The notes beneath the pieces are model-generated. The model ran no database searches. It was not told where the DNA came from and saw only the letters and a program-made list of their open reading frames with translations. 64,000 nucleotides of DNA from Paraspadella gotoi. Taxonomy: Eukaryota; Animalia; Chaetognatha. Location of the stretch: NCBI GenBank assembly GCA_051294375.1, contig CM119268.1:22695427-22759426 (forward strand), given 5' to 3'. Shown here in pieces: positions 51,992 through 64,000 of this stretch; positions within the stretch are counted from its first letter, which is position 1, and the number at the start of each line of letters is the position of its first letter. The translations under genes and the position numbers were made by a program.

Positions 51992-53172
51992 ATGACCGAC
52001 CCCTCTCTGTCTCCATATCTTCCGTCGACAAGACCCTCTTCCCCCCCCCCGAACGCCCCGTCGACAGTCATGACAGACCCTCTGCGCGATCGTGGGGATG
52101 AAAAAGATATTCCCCGAAAGGAAGAGATTTTCTTTCATCCTCCTCTGCCCGATCTCTTTCGTTGTCCCATCTGTCTCTGCGTCCTGCGTGATCCCGTGCA
52201 GACCGCCTGCGGACACGTCTTCTGCGCCACGTGCTTGACCAGGACGGTCTCGCGCAACGTCGTCAATTGCCCCGTGGATAAAAGGTAAATTCAGGTGGGG
52301 TAAATATCTGGAAACGCATAAAAACTACAAAACTTTAGGGGTGGAAATCCAGCGGTCATGAGAGTCTGCTAACCCAATGGTCAGGGGTTCTAGCCCGGTG
52401 GCCGCCTGGCAGTTTAGTGGGACGTGACGGCTAACCCGCCTTTGGCAGGTTTATGAACGTTTTACTCATTAATCTTTTACTGTATTTCTGTGTCTTTAAA
52501 ACTATTTATCGTCGTTGCTTTTAAGACGAAGTTTTTATAAGCCTCTTTTTCACTTTAGACGATGTAACTTGCAAACCGAATTGTATCCTGACAACTTTTT
52601 ACAGAGGCAAGTTCGCGATTTAAAGGTAAGGTCTGCCACGTTGTTTTGACAGCCTGTTTAAATTTTTATAATTATCAGTTGTAAATATGTTAAAATTTGT
52701 AGTTTTGTTTTTTCCTAACCATTACTTCCGCAATGATCATAAGGTTGTCTGCAAGCGCCAACGACTCGGCTGCGATTGGTCTGGCCGCCTCGTCGACTAC
52801 TTTCGCCTCCATCGTTTCCACAGTTGCCCCTACGACCGAGTCAGGTGCCGCTTGGGCTGCCCCATGCCCATCTTTCGCCGCTGGTTGGTCGCCCACGAGA
52901 CCGAAGACTGCGACGAGCGACTCGTCAGCTGCTCCGCTTGCGGCGATACCCGCATCCGCTCCAAAGCCTTGGTCATACATAGTCTCTTGGATTGTCCGGG
53001 CAAGATGGTCGACTGTCGGTTTTGCGGCAAGCGGATGCCGCGACGGGAACTCGTAGAACACACGAAAAAGCGACCAGCGAATAATGTTTTGGCCGCAGAG
53101 TCTGAGAACGCTTGTGCTGCAACGGGGTTAATGATTCCGGATGACGAATCTCGCGTCCCCAAGAGGGGGTAG
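51992..53172 (+). CDS. TRAF6-like RING + TRAF zinc-finger protein lacking coiled-coil/MATH domain, 3 exons
   Basis: C3HC3D-type RING CPICLCVLRDPVQTACGHVFCATC..CPVD; ELYPDNF..R; GCDWSG..H..SCPY; further CxxC..H..C fingers; stop soon after. Confidence 0.8.
52340..52455 (+). mobile_element. tRNA-derived SINE-like fragment
   Basis: GC-rich intronic block with B-box-like GGTTCTAGCCC, shared with 59440-59652. Confidence 0.35.
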
Positions 53173-53677
53173 CCGTTCGAACGTCATGGGTTAAGGAGCG
53201 CGAAGACGTCGATGTCTTGATCTTCTGGAAGCTTTTGACGCTCTCTTACCAAGTGAAGCAAAATTCATTCGATCTCGAGCCAAGTCTGATTTTACCCAAA
53301 GGCCACACGTTTTTAGCGTCTTTTTTTTTAAACCTTTATTATGTTTTTGAAAATGTTAATTAATTTCTCGTTTTATAGTTATATTTACTTGTTTACGATT
53401 AAACAAATTGTATTTTATTTACTGAAATAAAAAAGTCATCTAGTTTTAGCTAGAAAGTTGTTATTCAAGTTGATGTCAACTTGAGATTACGTATGTAGTT
53501 TGTTGTCGCTTTATAATTTTATTTTACTCCCTTCAGTCAAATTCATAATCCAGTGTGATATTTATTACCAGATGATGATTCTCTAAAAGTGCAATTCTTT
53601 TTGCGTTTTGATTTAGTTTAAATATTTTATTTTTTTATTTTAATAAAATATGATTTCAGATCGAAGTTAAATAAACA

Positions 53678-56166
53678 ATGCCAAAGTTAAACATTGTCGA
53701 TTACATTCGAGGTGGTGGCGTGGTCGTAGGAGACGGGTCTTATCTTTTTACTTTAGGTATATGAGACTTATTTAAGTACTATTATTTGAACATGTTCCTT
53801 TAAAAAAATGCCTTCATAAAGTAAGAATTGCTCGTTCCAGAAAGGCGTGGTTATATTCTTGCGGGATCATTCGTCCCAGAAGTTGTTTTGTCTCATCCTG
53901 AAGTCGTTGAGCAATTATCCCGCGAATTCGCCATGTGCGGAGCTCAAGTCATTCAGGTACTTAAAGCTCGATAAATATTGAACTATTGTGACAAGTGCTA
54001 AAATTAGCATAACATTATGATTATGTTAGTTGGGTTAAAGCTAAGTTCTACTCGATGCTCAGGCCTTCACATTCGCCGCCACCGAAGACAAATTGTTGAA
54101 GCACGCGATTTCCGCGGGATTGTCGCACGAGCGCCTCGTCGAACGAGCGATGGACATCGCAAAAAAAGTAGTTAATCAAAAATATGATGAAAATTAACGA
54201 GGTTCAAGCTAAGGTTGGTTCCAGTCGGCGAAAGTAAGATAGTGCCGTTTTATCAATGAACGAAGGAGCTAATGGGGGTGATCGATTCGATCCCGAGGGC
54301 AATACCGTAATGTTATCACTTGGCCTTCGCTCCCTCCCTTTAGACTGCGGCTCCCGTGGACGCTTACGTTTGCGGCGGAATGTCGTCGACGCCCTCGTAC
54401 AGAAACGGGGCGGATCCTGAGGTCGTCAAGGACGAATTCAGAAAAATGGTCAAAATGTTCGTGGAACATGACGTCGATTTCCTTTTAGGGGAATTTTTTC
54501 ATCACATCGAGGTTAGTGGAAAATGAAAATGCCAAGTAGAGATAACCGACTCTGATAAACCGTTTTGAGTTTTGCCTTCGTCAATGAAATCCGCGCATAC
54601 GCCCTCAGAGAAGCCTCTTGCCCAAGTGCCAATAGATTCAATAGATACACCTTGGCCCGACTCCGCTTTCTTTTATCCCGACCAATCTTACGTTCAGGAG
54701 GCAATTTTAGCCATCGAGGTCATGAAAGAAATATCCGCAGGCTCCAAGCCTATCGCTCTCACGATGGCCATTGGACCTCAAGGAGATTTTAACAGTGTCT
54801 CTCCTCAAGATTGCGCCGTTCAATTAGTTCGCGCAGGTTTTATTTATTTTTTTCCAGTTTCTCTCGACCTCGAAGCTTGAAAGGCGGATTTAGTAATAAA
54901 ATAACTTTGTGAGCAAATATGAACAATGGCAAAGTTGTCAACGGATTTGGGTGGAAACTAAATTACTACTGACGATTTAATTTGACATTCGGTCGTAGAA
55001 CAGAAGTAGAATAGATATGAGGATTGTTTTGGTAAAATGCTTACTTAAAATCGATAGCTATTGTTATAATTTCCTTTCTTTTCGATAGCTATAAATGCCA
55101 TCGCCTTTTCTTTTCAAGGGGCGGACATGATCGGCGTTAATTGCGCTTTTGACCCGGAGACGTCCGTCGAAACCGTTGCGATGATGAAGAAAGGATTAGA
55201 AGAAGCTGGTAAATACATGTGCATATCCCGACAGATGGCGCTCAGGGCTTTGGACCTGCAGTGACCACCTCCTGCACTGACCACCCCATGTCACTGGCGT
55301 GTTTATACCGATACAATCACACTTTATCAGCCGTGAGGGGATTGAACCCGGAACTCACGGTTGGTGAGCCCGAGTTTCACCAAGCTATATGGGAGCGGAA
55401 TTTAGGATTCGCAACATTACCTATGTAAATTGTATAATTTTTTTTTCCCCAGGTCTTGAGGCAGTTTTGATGGTCCAACCCTGCGGTTATCATTGCCAGG
55501 ACGCCAAAAATTTAAAGCTTGGAATGTTAAATTTGCCGGAATATCCGCTCGCGCTGGGTAATCATTCATTTCAAGGAAGAAACGAATTCTGCTAAATTGT
55601 AATACTTAAGAAAGTCTAAATGTTGCCTTTCTCTAAATGTTGCCTTTCTCTAAATGTTGCCTTTCTCTAAATGTTGCGATTCTCTCTCTAAGAACCGCGC
55701 CTCGTGACCAGAGCCGATTGTTACACTTACGCTCGAAAGGCTTATGACCACGGAATTCGCTACATCGGCGGCTGCTGTGGGTTCGAGCCTTTGCACATCC
55801 GAGCTCTGGCTCAAGAATTGAAAAAGGAAACTGGTAAGAATTGAAAATGGAAACTGGTAAGAATTGAGAAAGGAAACTGGTAAGAATTGAAAAAGGAAAC
55901 TGGTAAGAATTGAGAAAGGAAACTGGTAAGATCATTGGAGTGAGGTATTTGACTTGTGAATATGGATTCTGTCATGTGATTATTTTGGACCAGGTCGTGA
56001 CTTCCCTGGGAAGCGTTTCGATTGCGAATGGGGAGACCAATCTTTTCCTTCCTACTACGCTCATCGCGCGGGAAAGGAACACTGGACCAAGCTCGTTCCT
56101 GCCCTGGGCAGAGCCAATGTACAAGCATTTAGCAAGCCTGACATCGAGGAAGTCAAGTTATCTTAG
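53678..56166 (+). CDS. BHMT: Betaine-homocysteine S-methyltransferase-like, paralogue a, 9 exons
   Basis: [16 protein letters not shown]; QAFTF; VDFLLGEFF; IGPQGD; GVNC; [11 protein letters not shown]; [14 protein letters not shown]. Three Zn-ligand Cys intact. Confidence 0.92.
55236..55415 (-). mobile_element. tRNA-derived SINE-like repeat, family B, internally deleted
   Basis: Highly similar to 36890-37092. Confidence 0.7.
55813..55930 (+). repeat. 23-bp tandem repeat x5, unit = BHMT-a exon end + donor
   Basis: AAGAATTGAAAAAGGAAACTG|GT repeated five times. Confidence 0.95.
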
Positions 56167-57046
56167 AAGGCTTTGTGGAGCGGGAATTATATATATTTAA
56201 TTTTAATTTTTAATTATATATGTCGGAGACAAATTCGTGCGGACATCGACATCACTTCAGACATTCAAAATTGGAAATCAACTTCAAATTTTGCAATGAA
56301 CCAATTTGCTTTGGTGCTTGTTACGAAGATGATAGGCCTAACTACTTCTTTCTATTGTATGTTGCTCCCCATGGCATTAGATAGCATATTACCGTTCTGT
56401 TATTATTGTTTTCTAATTAAATCTTTTTGGTTTCTTTCACTTCCCTTTGTTTTTATGAAAACTATGTTATTTCCAAAATGAAACACAAAAGTAATACAAT
56501 ACAATACAATTCAAAGAATATTGTTTTTTATTGAAATCCGCCCCAATTATTTTGTGATATGAAGCTTAGCTTTTTTTTTTTTTTTTTAAGCATTTATCAA
56601 TACCTAATTTTAGCTCAATTGTTTGATAGAAGAAATCTTGTTTTTCTTCATTTAGTATCTCACACATTAATGATTTTTTAATGATTTTTTAATGATTTTT
56701 TTAAATGATAATTTTTTTTTACAGTGAGTCCAAGTCGTTTTATCCGAATGGTGTAAAGTGATAATCCGATTTAAAAAACAAAATACCTCCAAAAACTTTT
56801 GAGGGAAAACCGGTTTTTTTTTGTTTATTGTTGCGAGTAGATCGATTCGCGGGAACTGATTCGCCACAACTAAAGTTTAAAACAATCGACTCTCTTCTTC
56901 TCGTCAAAACACGCGTCACTCAATACTTCCTCTTACCGCCTTACCAAGGGCATGCGGTCCGTACGACAACGTTTCTCCGCAAAGAACTCGTAATAAAAGA
57001 TAATACTTAGATTTAGACTCTCGATCGCTCTTCCTTCTTGTCGAGA

Positions 57047-57958
57047 ATGTTGATCAAGGAGTACCGCATCCCGATGCCCCTCTCGGTGGAGGAGTATCGC
57101 ATCGGCCAACTCTTCATGATCGCCAAACACTCTCACGAGCAATCGGAAAAGGGAGAGGGCGTGGAGGTCGTCGTCAACGAACCTTACCATCACAAGGTCC
57201 ACGGCGATGGGCGCTTCACGGAGAAGCGCGTCTACCTCAACTCCAAGCTACCCTCGTGGATCAGCAAATGGGTTCCTCAGATCTTCTACGTGACGGAAAA
57301 GGCGTGGAACTATTATCCCTACACGGAGACCGAGTATTCCTGCTCCTTCTTGCCTCGATTCTCCGTACACATCGAAACGCGCTACGAAGACAACGCCGGC
57401 ACAACCGACAACTGCTTGGGACTCTCCACCGAATCCCTGGCCGCGCGGGAGGTGGATCGAGTGGACATCGCCGCCGAGCGCGTCGCCGATCACAAGTACA
57501 AGGTCGACGAAGACCCGACGCTCTTTCAATCGCGAAAGACGGGACGGGGTCCTCTGAGGCCGGGCTGGATGGAGGAGTCGGATCCCGTCATGTGCTCCTA
57601 CAAGCTGGTCACCGTCAAGTTCGAGGTTTGGGGTCTGCAGACCAAAGTTGAAGGTTGGGTCCACGACGCGATTCGCGACGTCCTGCTGCTGGGGCACAAA
57701 CAGGCCTTCGCCTGGATTGACGACTGGTTTGAATTGACGATGGAGGATTTGCGCGAGTGGGAGGCGATGATGCAGTCGGAGACGAATCAGAAGGTGGTGG
57801 GTACGAATCCCACCACCCCCACCACTCCGCGGGAGATCGATCTGACTAACACGACCATCCCTTCAACGCCCTCGTCCGCCAAGACGCCCACCAGCGGCGC
57901 CGGCGCCACCGGCTTCGCCTTTCCCAATCCCGCTCCGCCGCCGGCGCAGCAGAGCTGA
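57047..57958 (+). CDS. PITPNC1: Cytoplasmic phosphatidylinositol transfer protein 1 (RdgB-beta), intronless CDS
   Basis: MLIKEYRIPMPLSVEEYRIGQL; GEGVEVVVNEP; FTEKRVYLNSKLPSW; EKAWNYYPYT; SRKTGRGPL; MCSYKLVTVKFEVWGLQT; GHKQAFAW.D.W; Thr/Pro-rich tail. Confidence 0.95.
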   Translation: MLIKEYRIPMPLSVEEYRIGQLFMIAKHSHEQSEKGEGVEVVVNEPYHHKVHGDGRFTEKRVYLNSKLPSWISKWVPQIFYVTEKAWNYYPYTETEYSCSFLPRFSVHIETRYEDNAGTTDNCLGLSTESLAAREVDRVDIAAERVADHKYKVDEDPTLFQSRKTGRGPLRPGWMEESDPVMCSYKLVTVKFEVWGLQTKVEGWVHDAIRDVLLLGHKQAFAWIDDWFELTMEDLREWEAMMQSETNQKVVGTNPTTPTTPREIDLTNTTIPSTPSSAKTPTSGAGATGFAFPNPAPPPAQQS

Positions 57959-57959
57959 A

Positions 57960-58011
<52 letters not shown>

Positions 58012-59083
58012 GATTTGAAGCGCCTTATAGATATAGCGGAAAGTGGGTTGGTTATAGTCACAGGTGTATTTATTTAGTGTTTATGTGATATTACGACCAC
58101 CAGGAGACTTTTGGCTTCTTTTTTTTTTAAGCAGAAACTAATTGTGCACTTCCAGTTCCACATGATTGTCTTCCGTCTATTGTCTTAAGTCTTCGCTTAT
58201 CTTTAATCAGTCATCTTTTAAAAATCCTCTTTTTCTTTTTTTTTCTGGGCAACAACGTCATTTTAAGTTTTAACTTTAAGACAATATACTTTACATATAT
58301 TATAAGCTATAACCTACATGCTGTCAATTTCATTAATCTGTCAATTACGCGTCGAGAAAATATTTCTCGTTTATTAAAGTCACGTTTACTCAAAGACCTT
58401 TTTCCAGTGTCGCGATTTTCGTACAATTACGTACAACTGTAGCTGATTAATTGGGTTTATTTCAATGTACGAAATACTTGATCGCTTAGTATTTGTCGTT
58501 ACTTTCCGGCTTGATCATTTATTTGAGATATATATGTGCTCAAAATCGACTTATGGATGCCAAGAATAATTTACACTTTTAATATTTTTGTTAATTCAAA
58601 TGTTTCGTTGTTAATACAGCTATTATTTTTTATATAAATTACCAGCTCAACATTTCAATCTCTTACTTTTGAAATGAGAATCAATTCGCAGGTATGGCGT
58701 AATTTGGCCGCTGAATCGCGCAAAGCTAGTACTTAACAAATACAATTTTTGTAGTCCCTTCTTTTTGTTGCTGGTTTTCAAGAGTCTTCAAGTTTAATAT
58801 ACAAAAATATTATTTAACATATTCCGCATAATCGATGAAAAAAAACCCCGAAATGAAGCGCAGTATTTCAAGTTCTTTGCTTTCCAGATTTGTATGAATT
58901 TTGAAGCACTGAGCTTGAACAAGTGACAACGTTAAAATACGTTCGTACTAAGAAGATAGAGAAAGAGAGAGAGAGAAAGAGTGAAAAAGAAAAAAGATCT
59001 AAAATCTTTTCAGACTTGAATCGCATCAGAAGATTGATTGTTAAACTCATTCAATTAACTTAGCAAAATTCATCTGCTCAAAG

Positions 59084-61415
59084 ATGCCGAACATGAGTGT
59101 TTTGGATTTCATTCGCGATGGAGGAGCTATCGTCGGCGATGGATCATATCTTTTCACGTTAGGTATGTACTATTGAGTAGGAACAACCTCAGCCGGGTCA
59201 TTGGCACCATCATTTCCTTCAATTTTCTTTACTTTTGTTAGAAAGACGAGGTTATATTCTCGGTGGGGCGTATGTGCCCGAAGCTGTATTGTCTCATCCT
59301 GATGCCGTTGAACAATTGTCTAAAGAATTTGCGCATTGTGGAGCACAAATGATTCAGGTACACGATCGATATATATATTTTTTTTACAATCCCCGTGCGT
59401 TTCGTTGGAACCATTTTTTGAGGTAAAATTTGTGTAAAGTGACCGAGAGGAGAGTTGCCGTGCCTATCTGAGGGTCCGGGAGATTTTTTCGTCAGTTGCC
59501 TTGCTTTCCGGAACTTCGGATCCGGCGGTAGGCTTGCCCGCGGTGGTTTAACCGGCCCGTAAGTCTTGTGCAAGGCCCGTCTCGACCAGGGCTAGAACCC
59601 GGGAGCATTGGTTTCGGAGATGAAGCGTTTGCCCTGTGCGCTGTTATGGCGCTGATGGAAGGAACGGTCGTATCCAACAGGTAGTGATATTACGTTACTA
59701 CCAAATAATAATTTTTATTTGTAGACTTTCACTTTTGCTTCAACCCAAGATAAATTGTCGAAACATGAAATTTCAGCCGAATTATCACAAGAAAAACTCA
59801 TCACTCGGGCCGTGGACATTGCTAAAAAAGTATATATACAATTATACATACATTTAATGCTTAAATTTATGAATTTTACTGAGTTTTATTTTGATCTTAA
59901 ATGTTAAATAATAAATATTCATCAATATGGCTAAAGTGTAGTATTATTTTCTTGAGGCTGCATCACCCGTTAATGCTTTCGTTTGTGGTGGAATATCCTC
60001 AACTACTTCCTTCAGAAACGGATCCAGTGCAGAAGTAGTTAAAAATGAACTGAGAAAACCTCTCAACATTTTTGTTGAAAAAGATGTTGATTTATTATTG
60101 GGGGAATTTTTTCATCACGTCGAGGTCAGTGGGAAGGATTTTGTAAATAATTTATTTAGCTAACGATTTCAACAAAAGTTATTGTTAGTTTAGGAAGCTC
60201 TGATGGCCGTCGAAGTTATGAAAGAAGCTTCTCAAGGATCCAAACCCGTAGCGGTCACTATGGTCATTGGACCTCGAGGAGATTATAACGACGTGACCCC
60301 TCAAGAATGCGCAGTGCGATTAGTTAAAGCGGGTGCATTTTGTATTTTGCTTTTTAAATCTAAATCTAAATCTCTGAGCTTGATTGTCAAACGTTTTTTC
60401 GAGGCGCCGATATCGTTGGAGTCAACTGTGGATTCGATCCAGAGATTTCGCTGGAAACCATTTCCATGATGAAAGATGGTTTAAAAGAAGCAGGTTGTTA
60501 AAAACTAGCTTGGTTTAAATTATTTTTAAACAAAAGAAAAAAATATTAACAATTTTAAAACTTAAATTTTAACGTTTGAATAAAAAAGTATTTTTGTTTA
60601 TCTGTAGGTCTCGATGCAGTTTTGATGGTCCAGCCTTGCGGATATCATTGTCAAGAGGCAAGAAATTTGAAAATGGGCGTCGTTAATTTACCCGACTATC
60701 CTCTCGCACTCGGTATTTCCATTCGACCAATTCCCCCGCGTTAATCGATCAATCGATGGAATCTTGGTTAAATTCTTGTCCAATCAGAACCGCGAATCCT
60801 GAGCAGAGCCGATTGCTATTCTTTCGCTCGAAAGGCTTTCGATCTCGGGGTCCGTCTCATCGGCGGTTGTTGTGGATTCGAGCCTTACCACGTCAGAGCC
60901 CTCGCCCTTGAACTCCAAAAGGAAACTGGTATCATTTCTTGCCGAGAGGCACAATCATTCCGCCTTATTTTCCCATAACGCCCCATTTCATTTTTATTTT
61001 TATTAAAAATTTAATTTAATTTTTAATTTGGGTTTGGTATTTAAGGTTACGGATTGAGGTTAGATATTAAGGATAATGGTTTAGGGTTTTTGATAAATTT
61101 ATGGATTAAGGTTTATCAATTTTAATTAAATATTAAGATTAAAATTAAATTCTGGGACAAACGAACAGAAATAGGGCACTCGAGGAAAAGAGCCAATTAT
61201 TCTTGGGTAAAACTTGATGATATTNNNNNNNNNNGGGGGGGGTTACAGGTCATGAATTTCCCGGTCGTCGCTACGTGAACAAATGGGGCGACGCTTTTCC
61301 TAATTTTTATGCGCATCGCGTCGGCGAGAAGCACTGGACAGAGATCGTGCCAGGAGCGGGGAGACAAATTCGGACTTACTGTCAACCTGACATTAACGTC
61401 ATACAGTTGACATGA
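59084..61415 (+). CDS. BHMT: Betaine-homocysteine S-methyltransferase-like, paralogue b, 9 exons
   Basis: Same exon structure as paralogue a; [35 protein letters not shown]. Confidence 0.92.
59440..59652 (-). mobile_element. tRNA-derived SINE-like element in BHMT-b intron 2
   Basis: Minus strand GCGCCATAACAGCGCACAGGGC..CCCGGGTTCTAGCCCTGG tRNA-like head plus GC-rich body; no equivalent in paralogue a intron 2. Confidence 0.5.
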
Positions 61416-61930
61416 CTTTACATTCAATGGGTGGGGAAGGGGGCGACTTTTAATGTCACAATGCGTTATTTTCAAAATTTATAGATAATTTTTTCCGACT
61501 TTGGCTTCTTACACCATTGCTCGTATCATTTTTTTACCAACTAATGTTTGTGATAATCATTTACTGATTCCTTCAGCACAATGATAATTACAAAATTAAT
61601 TACTTGAATTAACATACCTGCGTTTCAGGATTAACTTGATTGTGATACGTTATTTTTAAGCTGTTATTAATGTGACAGCTCGTCTTTTTTTTCCCATTGG
61701 TGCCTTTTGGTCTGTTTTTATTGTCGTCCTAATTATGGTAGACCCAATTTTTTATCTCTTTAAAAAATATTTACAATTGTTAAAAAAAACCATTTAAGCT
61801 CATTGACCCGTTTCGTATCAAACGAAATGATTACAGAGCCTTGTTCTACTAAAACCGCGCGTGACTTTGACGTTGACGTCTCAAACATCAACGAAGTTTC
61901 GACAAATTTCAGCGTAGAAAATCGCAAGTG

Positions 61931-64000
61931 ATGACGTCCTTAACCTCCACCTCGCGAGCCTTACCCGATTCAACAGTCTCCAACCGGTGGAACGGCAATG
62001 GTAAGTCACTCATGGATTAAGTTTGGCGTCGGTCCAACGAATTGAGTGGCAAAGACGGAAGAGGAAATGATCTACTTGTTCTTCAGATCTGGAATTTGAC
62101 TTTGACTTTGTAAAAATGAAATAAAAAGATATTAGATAACAATGTACACCCGTGAAGAGGAAGAGTAAACTAAATTGTATATATATACTTAATCGTTGCC
62201 TTAATCCTTAAATTTTAGGAAACAATGAATGTATTGTACATATTATTTAATGATAAGAGATATTTTAGTCAGCAGTATCTCGCGTATCAATTGGTCTTGC
62301 ATTTCTTCTTTGACACGTCACCGCTGATCTTCCCCCCCCCCATCCCTGCAGACATGAACGAATCTTCCGACTCCCGTCGCGCGACGCCCGTTCCAGTCCG
62401 CGCCGTCTACATCTGGGGACATAAGTTCGAAATCAATTTGGACGCGAAAGAAAAAGAAGAAAAAAATCACCTCAAGTTTGGAGACGATGCGGTTTTCTTC
62501 GGGAGATCAGAGTCCGAGGAGCACGCCATGGCCACTCTGTCTCTAAGTGCGTTCGAGTTGAATATTGTTGTAATAAAAATCCGAAAGTTTAATTGATAAG
62601 TATTTGTAATGCGAAGAGAATGGAAATAAAATATTGGACGGTTATCTCAATACTGCAATATACAATAACAAGTTCGTCTTTTACTTCATAAGTAAGCATA
62701 GGCTAATGGAACAGATGGTCCGATAATTGACTTATCCAAGTCCACAACTCGCTTTTTCTTTCCGCAGGATTCACTGACATGGCGGCCATTCAATTTTGTT
62801 TCAATCAAGATAGCCACAAATTTATCAATCTCGACCTCGGCGAGTCTCCTATCAACACGTTCCATGATATTTTCCAAGGTGCTTTCCTTTATAAATGTCG
62901 CTTAAACTTGATAAATTCATAAAATGGAAAATTGGTATACAACCAATATAAAAATTCTCCATTCATTTAATAAATAAGCTATTTTGCCTCTGACTTTGGA
63001 CCGGCTATATTAGAATAATGTTGGGTGGCTTTAATGTCCGTTGACGAGAATTACGCTCCAACAATAAATTCTCGAATTAGTATTTTTATTTAACGCAGGC
63101 GACAAAACGGCAGAAAAGGTGAAAAGCATCTTTGTACAAATCGGGAATGAGAAGATGGAAGATGGCGCAAAGGAGTCGTTGGCGGAAAGATTGAAGGGAG
63201 TTGGCGAAAGGTTTTCGATCCCAGTCGAGGAAATTAGAGAGGTTTCCAAAGCAGCCAGGTCAGCACAAAAATTAAAAGAGTTGGCTGTTTTATGGTGTAC
63301 GTAGAAGAGCGTTGTTATGACCTGTGTCTGTGCCACTTTCTTGCCCCAAATACGCCAATATTTTTAGTTGAAGTGTAGAGATGAGTCCACGACTTAAGGG
63401 GTTCGCGAGGTTTGCCCTCTAACACTTGATTCCGATCCAATGATGAATGGACGAGGTTTTCGGATTAAAGTAAGCGACTGCAACAATAAAAGGTTCTGCT
63501 CGGCTAAGGTCAACTGACCCGACTGCAAAATAAAAATTATTGACCCGACTCAATAGTTCGTGTTAGAAAAATTTCTCCTGTGGAAAACAAAAAAAAATAA
63601 AAAAAATGATTTGGGTCTTTTCAGGTTCTCATTAACTTTTTTTTGACCATTTGCGCAAACGCGAGAGAGAGAGAGAGAGATATGAGATATGAGATTGAGT
63701 TTAACATTCATCCGTCTTTAATGACTAACCTCATATTTTCGTTTTATTTCACCGTTCATCTGAGCATAATTCTCCAATTCTCTCCTACAGAACTTTTTTC
63801 AAATACCTCAAGTATTTTCTCCCTCTTCTCAACTCTGGCACGGAATCTTTTCCGTTCGACATCAAACGCGAAGTCACTGGTTGCGATCTCGACCGAGCCA
63901 TAGTCAAACGCGAGGTCGGCGCCTTCAACGTCAAACGCGAACCCGTCAACGCCAACGGCGCCGAAGAGAATCCGATGCCTTATTCCGACTCTTCCTCCGC
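61931..64000 (+). CDS. Unidentified multi-exon gene, 3'-incomplete
   Basis: Phase-consistent exons: MTSLTS..NGN (61931-62000), DMNES..VPVRAVYIWGHKFEI..TLSL (62352-62547), RFTDMAAIQFCF..IFQ (62768-62878), DKTAEKVKSIFVQIG.. (from 63099); further exon from about 63791. Confidence 0.7.

Overview
This is eukaryotic, gene-dense invertebrate-type animal genomic DNA (GC-rich exons, short AT-rich or microsatellite-rich GT-AG introns, several N gaps, noisy repeat consensus). The ORF track is therefore mostly exon fragments, and I spliced the genes by hand. Left of a strand-switch region at about 21.4-22.4 kb the gene models run on the minus strand: a 19-exon Patched-related/PTCHD3-NPC1-like sterol-sensing-domain protein and an unidentified multi-exon gene. 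Right of it, 13 consecutive genes run on the plus strand: MARCHF6, ANKRD10, TIMM22, a divergent Tim17-family-like protein, CPLANE2/RSG1, paxillin, TENT4/Trf4, RWDD1, a TRAF6-like protein without a MATH domain, BHMT-like a, PITPNC1, BHMT-like b, and an unidentified gene running off the window. Most notable: (1) an operon-like layout, with stop-to-start gaps as short as 74 bp and apparently unpaired splice acceptors just upstream of start codons, suggesting polycistronic transcription with spliced-leader trans-splicing; (2) a recurrent class of tandem repeats whose unit straddles an exon-intron junction, in at least six places, including about 35 copies of an acceptor plus exon start in TENT4; (3) many AAG/GAG acceptors and weak donors; (4) two BHMT paralogues with altered methyl-donor pocket residues; (5) an LTR followed by a tRNA-Lys primer-binding site extended to the anticodon arm. 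No database searches were run, so gene names rest on recalled family motifs and exon coordinates are manual.
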